From assembly GCA_039184865.1 (NCBI GenBank), contig JBCDAV010000014.1, forward strand, positions 21,549 through 85,548: 64,000 nucleotides of DNA. The letters are read 5' to 3'. Both the position numbers and the translations under genes were made by a program. This DNA is from Pseudomonadota bacterium (GTDB lineage: Bacteria > Pseudomonadota > Alphaproteobacteria > Rhodobacterales > Rhodobacteraceae). Below, piece by piece: positions 36,540 through 46,398 of the stretch (positions within the stretch are counted from its first letter, which is position 1; every line of letters starts with the position of its first letter). The notes beneath the pieces are model-generated. The model saw only the letters and a program-made list of their open reading frames with translations. It did not search any database and had not been told where the DNA came from.

Positions 36540-37787
36540 ATGGTGACCACCCGCAGACGCTTCCTTGCCGGATCCTCGGCCCTCGCGCTGGCAGCACCGG
36601 CCCTGACGGGTCGCGCGCTGGCCGATGACATCACCTTCGTCTCGATCCTCGACCAGTCGGGCGGGCTCGACATCTATGGCAAGCCGATGGTCGACGCGAC
36701 GCGCATGGCGATTGACGAGATCAACAAGGCCGGCGGCCTCAACGGCGCCATGGTCGACCTGAAGGTCTACGATCCGCAGTCGACCATCCAGTTCTACACG
36801 CAGTTCGCGACCCAGGCCGCCGCCGGCGACCGCGCAAACGTCGTCCATGCCGGGATCACTTCGGCCTCGCGCGAGGCGATCCGGCCGACCTTCGCGCGCT
36901 TCCAGACGCTCTATTTCTACAACACGCTCTACGAAGGCGGCGTCTGCGACATGAACAATTTCTGCACCGGTTCGACGCCGGCGCAGACCGTCGAGAAGCT
37001 GGTCCCCTACACGATGAACAAGTGGGGCAAGAAGGTCTACATCATCGCGGCCGACTACAATTACGGCCAGATCACCGCGCAGTGGGTCCAGAAATACGTG
37101 CGCGACAATGGCGGCGAGCCGGTGGCGACCGAATTCTTCCCGCTCGACGTCACGAACTTCGGCCCGACGATCAAGAAGATCCAGGCGGCCAAGCCCGACA
37201 TGGTGATGTCGGCACTGGTCGGCGGCGCCCATGTCAGCTTCTACCGCCAGTACGCGGCGGCGGGGATGAACAAGTCGATCCCGATCGCCTCGACGACGTT
37301 CGGCGTCGGCAACGAGCACAAGCTGATCAGCGCCGAGGAAGGCGACGGCATGATCTGCGCCTACTCCTATTTCGAGGAGATCGAGAGCGCGGCCAACGCG
37401 GACTTCGTCGGCCGCTTCAAGGCGTTCGTCGGCGACGGCGCGCCCGCGCTCAACGAGCTTGCGGCACGATCGTACGAAGGCGCGATGCTCTGGGCAGAAG
37501 CCGTGAAGGCGGCCGGGACCGCCGACCGGATGCCGGTGATCGAGGCACTTCGCGGCGGGCTGTCCTATGCCGGACCGTCGGGACCGGTGACGATCGAGCC
37601 CAAGACCAACCACGCGCTGCAGAACGTCTATCTCGCCGAGTTGAAGGACCAGAGCTTCGACATCCTCGAGACCTACGAGTCGCAGCCGCCGACCGACACG
37701 CTGCTGGTGTGCGATCTCGTCGCCGACCCGAGCCAGTCGACCTTCAAGTTCGAGAACGGTCTGGAAGCGGCAGGGATCAAGCTCTGA
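36540..37787 (+). CDS. Urea/short-chain amide ABC transporter substrate-binding protein (UrtA/AmiC-like)
   Basis: Tat signal TRRRFL; SASREAIRP, YFYNTLYEGG, IAADYNYGQ motifs. Confidence 0.9.
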   Translation: MVTTRRRFLAGSSALALAAPALTGRALADDITFVSILDQSGGLDIYGKPMVDATRMAIDEINKAGGLNGAMVDLKVYDPQSTIQFYTQFATQAAAGDRANVVHAGITSASREAIRPTFARFQTLYFYNTLYEGGVCDMNNFCTGSTPAQTVEKLVPYTMNKWGKKVYIIAADYNYGQITAQWVQKYVRDNGGEPVATEFFPLDVTNFGPTIKKIQAAKPDMVMSALVGGAHVSFYRQYAAAGMNKSIPIASTTFGVGNEHKLISAEEGDGMICAYSYFEEIESAANADFVGRFKAFVGDGAPALNELAARSYEGAMLWAEAVKAAGTADRMPVIEALRGGLSYAGPSGPVTIEPKTNHALQNVYLAELKDQSFDILETYESQPPTDTLLVCDLVADPSQSTFKFENGLEAAGIKL

Positions 37788-37834
37788 GGTACCCGTAGGA
37801 TGGGTGAAAACCCATCCTGCATCCGGGAACGCAG

Positions 37835-38704
37835 ATGGACCTCGTAATCGCCCTTGGCCTGCAGATCCTCTACGGGATCGCCAACCTCGCGCTGATCAGC
37901 CTGGGGCTGGCGATCATTTTCGGGATGATGCGGGTCATCAACCTCGCCCACGGCGAGTTTCTGATGCTCGGCGGGTATACGGTCGTGGTTGCGACCAACA
38001 ACGGCGTGAACATCTGGATCGCCATGCTGGTGCTCGCCCCGCTGGTCGTCGGCGTGATCGGCGTGATCGTCGAGCGTTTGCTGATCCGATGGCTCTACGG
38101 ACGCATGGTCGACACGTTGCTCGCCACCTGGGGGCTTTCGCTGCTCTTCATCGGGCTGGTGACCACGATCTTCGGGGCATCGACGGCCACGACAATCTCC
38201 CCGCCCCTCGGCGTGATCGAGATCGGTGATTACTCGTCATCGGGCTATGAGCTGTTCCTGATCATCGTGACGGTCGTGCTGCTCCTCGCGGTCTGGGCTA
38301 CTCTGAAGCTGACACGGCTCGGTCTCGTCGCACGCGGCACCATGCAGAACGCCGAAATGGCCTCGGCGCTCGGCGTCTCGACCAACCAGACGTACATGAT
38401 CACGTTCGGCCTCGGCGCGGCGGTCTCCGGGCTTGCGGGCGGGCTGCTGGCACCGATCACCGGCGTTCTGCCGACCATCGGGGCGATCTACATCGCCAAG
38501 GCGTTCATCACCGTCATCTCCGGCGGCATGGCCATCCTCGCCGGGACGACCTCGGCCTCGGTGCTGCTCGGCGGCGTCAACGGCATCACCGCCTTCCTGA
38601 CGGGACCGACCATGGGCGAGGTCGCCCTGCTTCTGGTCGCGATCATCCTGTTGCGCCTGATGCCACGCGGGATCACCGGCACCTGGTTCAGGAAAAGCCT
38701 GTGA
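37835..38704 (+). CDS. Branched-chain/urea ABC transporter permease (UrtB/LivH-like)
   Basis: GLAIIFGMMRVINLAHGEF motif, multi-TM. Confidence 0.93.
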   Translation: MDLVIALGLQILYGIANLALISLGLAIIFGMMRVINLAHGEFLMLGGYTVVVATNNGVNIWIAMLVLAPLVVGVIGVIVERLLIRWLYGRMVDTLLATWGLSLLFIGLVTTIFGASTATTISPPLGVIEIGDYSSSGYELFLIIVTVVLLLAVWATLKLTRLGLVARGTMQNAEMASALGVSTNQTYMITFGLGAAVSGLAGGLLAPITGVLPTIGAIYIAKAFITVISGGMAILAGTTSASVLLGGVNGITAFLTGPTMGEVALLLVAIILLRLMPRGITGTWFRKSL

Positions 38705-39759
38705 GCGTCGACCGGGAGTTTCGTGGAACGCTGATCATCGCGGTCTTGGCCGTGATTTTCACGCTGGCCGCCCCTTCGGTGTTCGAGCTCTTCACGATCA
38801 TCAACCTCACGACGGCGATCGCGCTTGCGATGCTCGCGCTCAGCCTCGCGCTGGTCTGGGGATACGGCGGCATCCTGTGCTTCGGGCAGACCGCGTTTTT
38901 CGGGATCGGCGCCTACGCCTACACGATCGCCGCGATCAATTTCGGAGGATCGACCGGCGCGATCCTCGTGGCGATCCTCGTGGCCGCCGCCGCCGCCGCG
39001 ATCCTCGGCTATGTCGTGTTCTATGGCCGCGTGTCGGATGTCTACCTCGCCGTCATCACGCTCACGGTCGCGCTGATCCTCTACAGCCTGATCCGGCGCA
39101 CCTCGGGTCCCGAATACAAGATCGGCAACGCGCTGCTTGGCGGGTTCAACGGCGTGACCTCGCCACCGATCAACGTGCCCTGGGCGCCCTACTCGATGCT
39201 GTTTCCCGAGCATCTGTTCTACGTCGCCATGGTCGCCCTGATCCTGGCGTACATCTTTTGCGGCTGGCTGGTTCGGACCCATTTCGGCCGGGTCTGCATC
39301 TCGATCCGCGAGAACGAACTGCGCGCCGAGCTGATCGGTTACGACACGCGCCTCTACAAGCTCGGCATCTTCACCATCGGTGCCGCGATCGCGGGACTGG
39401 CCGGGGTGCTGTTCTCCAATGGGATCGGCCGGGTCACGCCGGATGTCTTCAACCTCTACAACTCCGCGCTCACGATCATCTGGGTCATCGTCGGGGGGCG
39501 GGGCACCTTGATCGGACCGATCCTCGGCGCCTTCGGGCTGTTTTATCTGACAGCGTCGCTCGGCTCGCAGTCGGTCCTGAACAACAACCTGGTGCTGGGC
39601 GTCATCCTGATCGTCTTCGTCCTCGGGGTCCCGAAGGGCGTCGTGCCGACCGTCACCGACTGGCTCTCGTCGCGGCGCAGGCTCAAGGCATCGCGCGCAC
39701 GCGAGCGGCGGATGCGCCTGCGCAGGTCGCGCGCCGGAACCGTGGAGCCGGCCGAATGA
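38701..39759 (+). CDS. Branched-chain/urea ABC transporter permease (UrtC/LivM-like)
   Basis: WGYGGILCFGQTAFFGIGAY, IRENELRAELIGY, GGRGTLIGP; GTGA overlap with the upstream stop. Confidence 0.93.
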   Translation: MSVDREFRGTLIIAVLAVIFTLAAPSVFELFTIINLTTAIALAMLALSLALVWGYGGILCFGQTAFFGIGAYAYTIAAINFGGSTGAILVAILVAAAAAAILGYVVFYGRVSDVYLAVITLTVALILYSLIRRTSGPEYKIGNALLGGFNGVTSPPINVPWAPYSMLFPEHLFYVAMVALILAYIFCGWLVRTHFGRVCISIRENELRAELIGYDTRLYKLGIFTIGAAIAGLAGVLFSNGIGRVTPDVFNLYNSALTIIWVIVGGRGTLIGPILGAFGLFYLTASLGSQSVLNNNLVLGVILIVFVLGVPKGVVPTVTDWLSSRRRLKASRARERRMRLRRSRAGTVEPAE

Positions 39760-40478
39760 AGCGGGGCGAGGTGGTGCTCGAGACACGCGGACTGTCGATG
39801 TATTTCGGCGGCGTGAAGGCCGTCGACCGCGTCGACTTCTCGCTCTGGGCCAACGAGTTGCGCTGCCTGATCGGGCCGAACGGGGCCGGAAAATCGACCT
39901 TCTTCAAGTGCCTGACGGGGCAGCTTTTGCCGACGGCGGGCGACGTGGTCATCCGGGATGTGCACGTCGCGGGACGCGAGCCGCACGAAATCTCGGCCCT
40001 CGGCGTCGGCATCAAGACCCAGGTTCCGAATGTCTTCAACGGCCTCAGCGTCGAGGAGAACGTCTGGCTCTCGGCCCGGCGCTGGCACGGCAACGCGCGG
40101 GCGCGCGCTCTGACCGGCGAAACCCTCGAACGCCTGCAACTGACCGAGATCCGCAGCAACTCCGTCGATGCGCTGTCGCATGGCCAGCGCCAGTGGGTCG
40201 AACTCGGCATGGTCGTCGCCGCGGAACCGTGGCTGGTTCTGCTCGACGAGCCGGCTGCCGGAATGACCCATGAGGAGACCCAGCGCACGGCGGATCTGAT
40301 CCGCGAAATCAACAAGACAGCGACCCTGATCGTCGTCGAGCACGACATGCAGTTCATCCGGATGATCTCGAAGACCGTGACCCTGTTCCATGAAGGCCGC
40401 ATCCTGATGGAAGACACGATGGAGGCGATCTCAGCCGATCCGAAGGCGCGGGAAGTCTACCTGGGAACGCGGGCATGA
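39756..40478 (+). CDS. ABC transporter ATP-binding protein (UrtD/LivG-like)
   Basis: [32 protein letters not shown] 39756 overlaps the upstream stop; the track ORF from 38877 is an over-extension. Confidence 0.93.
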   Translation: MKRGEVVLETRGLSMYFGGVKAVDRVDFSLWANELRCLIGPNGAGKSTFFKCLTGQLLPTAGDVVIRDVHVAGREPHEISALGVGIKTQVPNVFNGLSVEENVWLSARRWHGNARARALTGETLERLQLTEIRSNSVDALSHGQRQWVELGMVVAAEPWLVLLDEPAAGMTHEETQRTADLIREINKTATLIVVEHDMQFIRMISKTVTLFHEGRILMEDTMEAISADPKAREVYLGTRA

Positions 40479-42829
40479 GCGCACTGCTGGAAGTTCGCGG
40501 GCTGACCTCCGGCTACGGCCGCGTCCCGGTGCTGCACGGGATCGACTTCTCGGTGCAGGACGGCGAGATCATCGGCATTCTCGGCCACAACGGCATGGGC
40601 AAGACGACGCTCCTGAAGACGGTCATGGGCCTCGTTCCGGCAACCGGCGGCGTGATGACCTTTGCCGGGCTCGACCTCGCGGGCGAACGGACCTCCGAGC
40701 GCGCCAAGCTCGGCATCGGCTATGTCCCGCAGGGCCGCGGCATTTTTCCGAACCTCAGTGTTTTCGATAACATCCGCATGGGGATCGCGGCCCACGAGGC
40801 CGACGAAGAGGACGCCGTCCGCCGCATTCTGCAGGAGTTTCCACGGCTTGAGCGCCTGCTCGAGCGCGAGGGCGGGGCGCTCTCGGGCGGCGAGCAGCAG
40901 CTTCTGGCGATTGCCCGCGCGCTGATCTCGGAACCGGAACTGATCCTGCTCGACGAGCCGACGGAAGGCATTCAGCCGAGCATCATCGACGAGATCATCG
41001 ACCTGCTGAAAGACCTCAATCGCAAACGCGGTCTGACCATCGTTCTGGTGGAGCAGAACCTCGACTTCATCCACGAGCTTTCGGACCGCGTGCTCCTGCT
41101 GCAGAAGGGCGTGATCGAGGGCGAGATGTCCGGCTCGGATGCAGCCGACCCCGCCCTGATCGACGAATTCACCGGCTTCGGCGGCGGCAATGGCGCGCGT
41201 CCCGCGCAGATCTCGAAACCCAAACCGAAAGACGAGCCACGGCCCGACCCGGTCACCAGACCGGCCCCGGACCGCGCTCCGCCCGACACTTCGCTCAATG
41301 GAAGGATCAGCTACATGACGGCACAGCGACCGACCCTTGCGCAACTGAAGGACATCACGCTCGAACTGGGCATGAGCCTGTCCGAGACCCGTATCCGCGA
41401 GTTCCACGAGGTCATGCAGGGCACGCTCGACGCCTACGACATCGTCGACGCCCTGCCCGACTACCTGCCGCCCGTCCTCTATCCCAGAACCGCCGGCCAT
41501 CGCCCGTCCGAGGAGGAAAACCCGCTCAACGCCTGGTACGTGAAGACCGAGATCAGGGGCGCACCGCGCGGCAAACTGCACGGCAAGACCGTCGCCCTGA
41601 AAGACAATGTCTGCCTCGCGGGCGTGCCGATGATGAACGGCGCCTCGACGCTCAAGGGCTATACGCCGGACGTCGATGCAACAATCGTGACCCGGCTTCT
41701 GGATGCCGGCGCGACGATCACCGGCAAGGCCCATTGCGAGTATTTCTGCCTCTCCGGCGGCTCTCATACCAATGCGACCGGCCCGGTCCACAACCCGCAC
41801 AAGCACGGCTTTGCGGCGGGCGGGTCGTCCTCCGGTTCCGGCGCGCTGGTCGGCGGCGGCGTCGTCGACATGGCGATTGGTGGCGACCAGGGCGGGTCGA
41901 TCCGCATGCCCGCCTCGTTCTGCGGCTGCTACGGTATGAAACCGACGCACGGGCTGGTGCCTTATACCGGCGTCATGCCGATCGAGGCGACCATCGATCA
42001 CACCGGGCCGATGACCCAGACGGTCATGGACAACGCGCTGATGCTCGAGGTCCTTGCCGGACCGGACGGCCTGGACCCCCGCCAATACGACGTTGTTACC
42101 GATAACTATTCGGCTGCCGTGACCCGCGGTGTCTCCGGGTTGCGGATCGGCGTGGTCAAGGAGGGCTTCGACCGCGCGGAGTCCGAGTCCGATGTCGATG
42201 CCAAGAACCGTGCCGCAGCCGAGATGTTCCGCCAGATGGGGGCGACCGTCGACGAGATCTCGATCCCGTGGCACCTGAAAGGCCCCGCGATCTGGACGCC
42301 GATTGCAGTCGAAGGCCTGACCAACCAGATGATGCACGGCAACGGCATGGGCACCGGCTGGGGGGGCATGTACACGACCTCGCTGCTCGATTTCCACGCG
42401 AACTGGCGTCAGCGCGCAGACGAACTCAGCGACACGCTCAAGATCTGCATGTTCATCGGCCAGTACTATCTTAAGCACCACCGCGGCCACTACTATTCGA
42501 AGTCGCAGAACCTCGCCCGGCAGCTTCGCGAGGAATACAACAAGGTGCTGGCGTCATACGACCTGCTGCTGATGCCGACGACGCCGATGAAAGCCCAGCC
42601 GATCCCGCCCGCGGACGCGCCGCTCGAGCTCTGGTGCCAGCGCGCCTTCGAGATGCTGAACAACACCGCGCCCTTCGACGTGACCGGGCATCCTGCCATG
42701 GCGCTTCCCTGCGGAATGTCGGACGGGCTGCCGGTCAGCGTGATGCTGGTGGGACGGCGCTACGAGGAGAGCACGATCTACCGCGCTGCCGGGGCGTTCG
42801 AGGCCGCAGGCGACTGGCGTAAGATGTGA
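40475..42829 (+). CDS. Fusion: ABC ATP-binding domain (UrtE/LivF-like) plus amidase-signature family amidase
   Basis: Residues 1-~235: [24 protein letters not shown]. Pro-rich linker. From Met281 (nt 41315): [25 protein letters not shown] (Ser-cisSer-Lys triad) and CEYFC (CX3C). No stop in between. Confidence 0.9.
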   Translation: MSALLEVRGLTSGYGRVPVLHGIDFSVQDGEIIGILGHNGMGKTTLLKTVMGLVPATGGVMTFAGLDLAGERTSERAKLGIGYVPQGRGIFPNLSVFDNIRMGIAAHEADEEDAVRRILQEFPRLERLLEREGGALSGGEQQLLAIARALISEPELILLDEPTEGIQPSIIDEIIDLLKDLNRKRGLTIVLVEQNLDFIHELSDRVLLLQKGVIEGEMSGSDAADPALIDEFTGFGGGNGARPAQISKPKPKDEPRPDPVTRPAPDRAPPDTSLNGRISYMTAQRPTLAQLKDITLELGMSLSETRIREFHEVMQGTLDAYDIVDALPDYLPPVLYPRTAGHRPSEEENPLNAWYVKTEIRGAPRGKLHGKTVALKDNVCLAGVPMMNGASTLKGYTPDVDATIVTRLLDAGATITGKAHCEYFCLSGGSHTNATGPVHNPHKHGFAAGGSSSGSGALVGGGVVDMAIGGDQGGSIRMPASFCGCYGMKPTHGLVPYTGVMPIEATIDHTGPMTQTVMDNALMLEVLAGPDGLDPRQYDVVTDNYSAAVTRGVSGLRIGVVKEGFDRAESESDVDAKNRAAAEMFRQMGATVDEISIPWHLKGPAIWTPIAVEGLTNQMMHGNGMGTGWGGMYTTSLLDFHANWRQRADELSDTLKICMFIGQYYLKHHRGHYYSKSQNLARQLREEYNKVLASYDLLLMPTTPMKAQPIPPADAPLELWCQRAFEMLNNTAPFDVTGHPAMALPCGMSDGLPVSVMLVGRRYEESTIYRAAGAFEAAGDWRKM

Positions 42830-42844
42830 GACCGGGGCAACCCA

Positions 42845-42872
42845 ACCGGGCGCGCACTCGGACGCGCCCGGT
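42845..42872. terminator. GC-rich hairpin between convergent genes
   Basis: ACCGGGCGCG-(8 nt)-CGCGCCCGGT perfect 10-bp stem, 15 nt after the amidase stop; no U-tract. Confidence 0.55.
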
Positions 42873-42880
42873 GCGCCCCC

Positions 42881-43162
42881 TCAGGCGACCTCTTTGCCTC
42901 TGACAGATGCAGAGGTATCTGCTTGCTCGAGATAACGCAGAGCCTGCGCCACTGCGGCTTTCGGGTTGAAGACAGCCGTCACCACGTTCTGGACGACGCA
43001 TATCCACGGCAATCCGTTGCGCCGTGCGACGGCGCGCGCCTCGCCCAGCGCTTCGTGGATCTCCGCTGCGTGCCGACGGGCATATGTCTCGATGGTGTCA
43101 ATCCGGACCAGAAGAACCTTCAGGCTCTGGCGAATGGTCTCGGCGTAGTTTGCATCCGGCAT
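42881..43162 (-). CDS. Small hypothetical helical protein (93 aa)
   Basis: AGGGGA RBS 6-7 nt upstream; amphipathic helical composition; fills an otherwise empty gap. Confidence 0.5.
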   Translation of the reverse strand: MPDANYAETIRQSLKVLLVRIDTIETYARRHAAEIHEALGEARAVARRNGLPWICVVQNVVTAVFNPKAAVAQALRYLEQADTSASVRGKEVA

Positions 43163-43430
43163 GGCGGTTCCCCTGATCGATGAAACCCAAATTAACCTGA
43201 CGAATCAAAGCGGTCTGTACCGGATGATACACCTGAGGTTGCGCGGAACGTCATGGCGACGCCTTGGCCCCGCCAGCGGTCTGGCAAGGCTCAGCTTGCA
43301 ACGCCCCAACGCATCGGAACGCCGGCCGATCCCGCGCGATAGAAATGTGTATGATCGGGGTCCGTTCCGTTTGACCGCAACCACCCGGCAGGCTAGGTCT
43401 CCCCCCCGATAACAGGACCGGAGAACGCGC

Positions 43431-43997
43431 ATGTTCAGATCATTGATCCTCGCAATCACGCTCATGTTCTCCCTGACGCCGGAGGCACAGGCAGTGGACG
43501 AGAAATACCTGCTCATCGAGCTGGAAAACGGAACGGTGAAGATCGAGATGCTGGCCGATGTGGCACCGAAACACGTCGCGCAGATCACCGCGCTCGCCAA
43601 GCGCGGCGAATACGACGGCGTCGCGTTCCACCGCGTCATCGACGGGTTCATGGCGCAGACGGGCGATGTCGAGCACGGCAAGGTCGCCGATGACGGCTCG
43701 GTATCCACGCGTGCCGGGACAGGTGGCTCGGACCTCGGCAATATCGAGGCAGAATTCTCGAGCCTGCCATTCGATCGCGGCGTGGTCGGCATGGCGCGGG
43801 CGCAATCGCCCAATTCGGCCAACTCGCAGTTCTTCATCATGTTCGAGGACGGCCACTTCCTGAACAACAACTACACGGTCTGGGGCCGCGTTGTCGAAGG
43901 CATGGAACTGGTCGACAACATCAAGCGCGGGGCCGGTGGCAGCGGCGCCGTGACCGACCCGGACAAGATGGTCAAGGTCACCGTCTCGGCGGACTGA
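43431..43997 (+). CDS. Cyclophilin-type peptidyl-prolyl cis-trans isomerase, exported
   Basis: FHRVIDGFMAQTGD, GMARAQSPNSANSQFFI, YTVWGRVVEGM; N-terminal signal peptide. Confidence 0.96.
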   Translation: MFRSLILAITLMFSLTPEAQAVDEKYLLIELENGTVKIEMLADVAPKHVAQITALAKRGEYDGVAFHRVIDGFMAQTGDVEHGKVADDGSVSTRAGTGGSDLGNIEAEFSSLPFDRGVVGMARAQSPNSANSQFFIMFEDGHFLNNNYTVWGRVVEGMELVDNIKRGAGGSGAVTDPDKMVKVTVSAD

Positions 43998-44088
43998 CCC
44001 GCCCCCTCGCGACATCGTGAGCAGATTATCAGAGCGCGTCCCCCGGGCGCGCTCTATGCTTTCCCGCAATCGATAACGGGAGGCATCA

Positions 44089-45069
44089 ATGCGGATCACA
44101 GCGCTTCTCATCGCTCTTCTGGCGGCAGGACCGCTTCTGGCCGCCGAAGTGCCGGACCACTGGAAGCGTGCCTGGCCGAAGACGGACTTCAGCAAGATCT
44201 CGGTCGACCCGTCCGAGGTCTTCTCCGGCGGCCCGCCGAAAGACGGTATCCCGGCGATCACCGGCCCGACGATGATCCCGGTGGCGTCCGAGACGGAACT
44301 TGACCCGCGCGAGCCGGTCATGAGCGTCGAGGCCGAGGGCATGCCCGCGCGGGCCTACCCCATTCGCTATCTGATGTGGCATGAGATCGTGAATGACCGC
44401 ATCCGGGACGTGCCGATCGCGGTCACCTTCTGCCCGCTCTGCAATTCCGGGCTGGTGTTCGATCTCAGGATCCCGTCGATCGAGGGCCACATCGAGGTGG
44501 AACTGGGCGTGTCCGGGCTGCTGCGCCATTCGGACATGATCATGTACGACCGGCAGACCGAAAGCTGGTGGCAGCAGTTCACGGGCGAGGCGATCGCGGG
44601 CTTCATGACGGGTGCAAAGCTGGTGCCGCTGCCCGCACTGCTCGAGAGCTGGGACGCTTTCCGCACGGCCAATCCGAACGGGGTCGTGATGGCGGAGCCC
44701 GAGGAACATTCCCGGCGATACGGCTCCAACCCCTACAGCGGATATGACAGCGGCGTGCCGTTTCTCTACCGCGGCGAAAATCCCCCGCACGGCATCAATC
44801 CGCTCGTGCGTGTCGTGCGGGTCGGCGACCGGGCATGGCCCCTGCCCCGGCTGATCGAGTCTCCCGTCATCGAGGAGGCCGGTGTCCGCATCTCGTGGCA
44901 GGAGGGCCAGGCGTCCGCGCTCGACACCGGGGAGATTGCAAAGGGCCGCGAGGTCGGCAACATCCGCGTAACCGATGCTGCCAGCGGGGAACTGGTCGTG
45001 CACGAGATCGTCTTCGCCTTCGCGTTTCACGCCTTCACACCGGACGGAGAGTGGATGCTCGGCAACTGA
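44089..45069 (+). CDS. DUF3179 domain exported protein
   Basis: SGGPPKDGIPAI, RAYPIRYLMWHEIVND, TFCPLCNSG, SGLLRHSDMIMYDRQTESWWQQ. Confidence 0.88.
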   Translation: MRITALLIALLAAGPLLAAEVPDHWKRAWPKTDFSKISVDPSEVFSGGPPKDGIPAITGPTMIPVASETELDPREPVMSVEAEGMPARAYPIRYLMWHEIVNDRIRDVPIAVTFCPLCNSGLVFDLRIPSIEGHIEVELGVSGLLRHSDMIMYDRQTESWWQQFTGEAIAGFMTGAKLVPLPALLESWDAFRTANPNGVVMAEPEEHSRRYGSNPYSGYDSGVPFLYRGENPPHGINPLVRVVRVGDRAWPLPRLIESPVIEEAGVRISWQEGQASALDTGEIAKGREVGNIRVTDAASGELVVHEIVFAFAFHAFTPDGEWMLGN

Positions 45070-45204
45070 GCGTTCGGGGGCTGTCGGCTCGTTTAATGGC
45101 GCTTGCGGGAAACCCCTTCCACAGCGCACGGAACCGCCGATCACATGGCGGGTGTCTGGGGCTCTCGTATAGCGCCGCCTGACCGGCGGCCCTAAGCTTC
45201 CGCG

Positions 45205-46398
45205 ATGGCGGAACGTTCCTCATTCGCGATCTGGATGATCATCCTCGGCCTTTCGCTCGGCCCGGCGATCTCCAACGGCTTCGCCCGGTTCGCCTACGGT
45301 CTTATCCTGCCGGCGATGCGAACGGATCTCGCATGGAATTTCACCGAGGCGGGATGGATCAACACGGCCAACGCAATAGGGTATCTCATCGGCGCTATGC
45401 TGGCGCTCTCGCTGGTGAACCGGACGGGACCGAGGGCCCTCTTCATCTGGGGCTTCGCGCTCACGACCATCACCCTGGCACTGTCCGCCACGACCCGCGA
45501 TCTCTGGATGCTGTCGCTCTGGCGCATGCTGGCCGGGATCGGCGGCGCGCCGGTGTTCATCGCAGGCGGGGTGATTGCCTCCGGTTTGTTCGCCGACGAC
45601 AAATCCCGCAACGCGCTCGCGATTGGCGTCTACTTCGGCGGCGGCGGGCTCGGCATGTTGCTGACCGCCGTCTCGATCCCTCAGTTCATGGACTGGTTCG
45701 GAGATCCGGGCTGGCCGTTGGTCTGGATGGCTCTGGGTGTCGCGACCTTCGTCGCGTTTTTACCTGCATGGTTGGCCGCCGAGGCGATATCCGAACCCGC
45801 CTCGCGCGCGGCCGAAGCTCAGGCCCAGCCCCTGCCGGTCTTGGCGATGCTGCCAGCCCTGGCGTGCTATTTTCTGTTCGGGCTCGGCTACCTGATCTAC
45901 ATCACATTTCTGATCGCGTGGATGCGCGCGACCGGGGCCGGGACTGCCACGGTCTCGCTCACCTGGGCGATCATGGGCGTCGGCGTGATGCTTTCGCCCT
46001 TCATCTGGCAACGGGTGCTGGCCCGCGCGCAGGGCGGCCGCGCGATGTTCCAGACAAGCCTCGCCATCGCGGTCGGCATCCTCTTGCCGATTGCGGTTGA
46101 CCACCCGGCCGGACCGCTGGTCTCGGCAGCCATCGTCGGCGGCACGTTCTTCATGGTGCCGTCCTCGGTGACGACATTCAGCCGCAAGAACCTGCCGCCA
46201 GCACAGTGGGGCCGCGCCGTCTCGCTGTTCACGGTCATCTTTTCGATCGGGCAGATCATCGGCCCGGTCGGCGCAGGTGCGATCTCGGACATCACGGGCG
46301 GGACAACCATGGGCCTTGCCATCAGCGGCGCAATCCTGTTCTGCGGCGCGTTGATCGGTGCCGTGCAGGCGCCACTGGTCACGGGAGACGCAGCATGA
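45205..46398 (+). CDS. MFS transporter, YbfB/YjiJ family
   Basis: GFARFAYGLILPAM, GWINTANAIGYLIG; about 12 TM. Confidence 0.9.
   Translation: MAERSSFAIWMIILGLSLGPAISNGFARFAYGLILPAMRTDLAWNFTEAGWINTANAIGYLIGAMLALSLVNRTGPRALFIWGFALTTITLALSATTRDLWMLSLWRMLAGIGGAPVFIAGGVIASGLFADDKSRNALAIGVYFGGGGLGMLLTAVSIPQFMDWFGDPGWPLVWMALGVATFVAFLPAWLAAEAISEPASRAAEAQAQPLPVLAMLPALACYFLFGLGYLIYITFLIAWMRATGAGTATVSLTWAIMGVGVMLSPFIWQRVLARAQGGRAMFQTSLAIAVGILLPIAVDHPAGPLVSAAIVGGTFFMVPSSVTTFSRKNLPPAQWGRAVSLFTVIFSIGQIIGPVGAGAISDITGGTTMGLAISGAILFCGALIGAVQAPLVTGDAA

Noticed and set aside
40457-42490. 677-aa - strand ORF, and similar ones at 55015-57183, 62079-63635, 62279-63835, 34175-35632 and 24306-25586
   Set aside because: Each fully overlaps a gene with clear family motifs and has low-complexity shadow composition.
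44089-45069. Selenoprotein recoding in the DUF3179 gene
   Set aside because: The motif is CPLC with ordinary Cys codons and there is no in-frame TGA.
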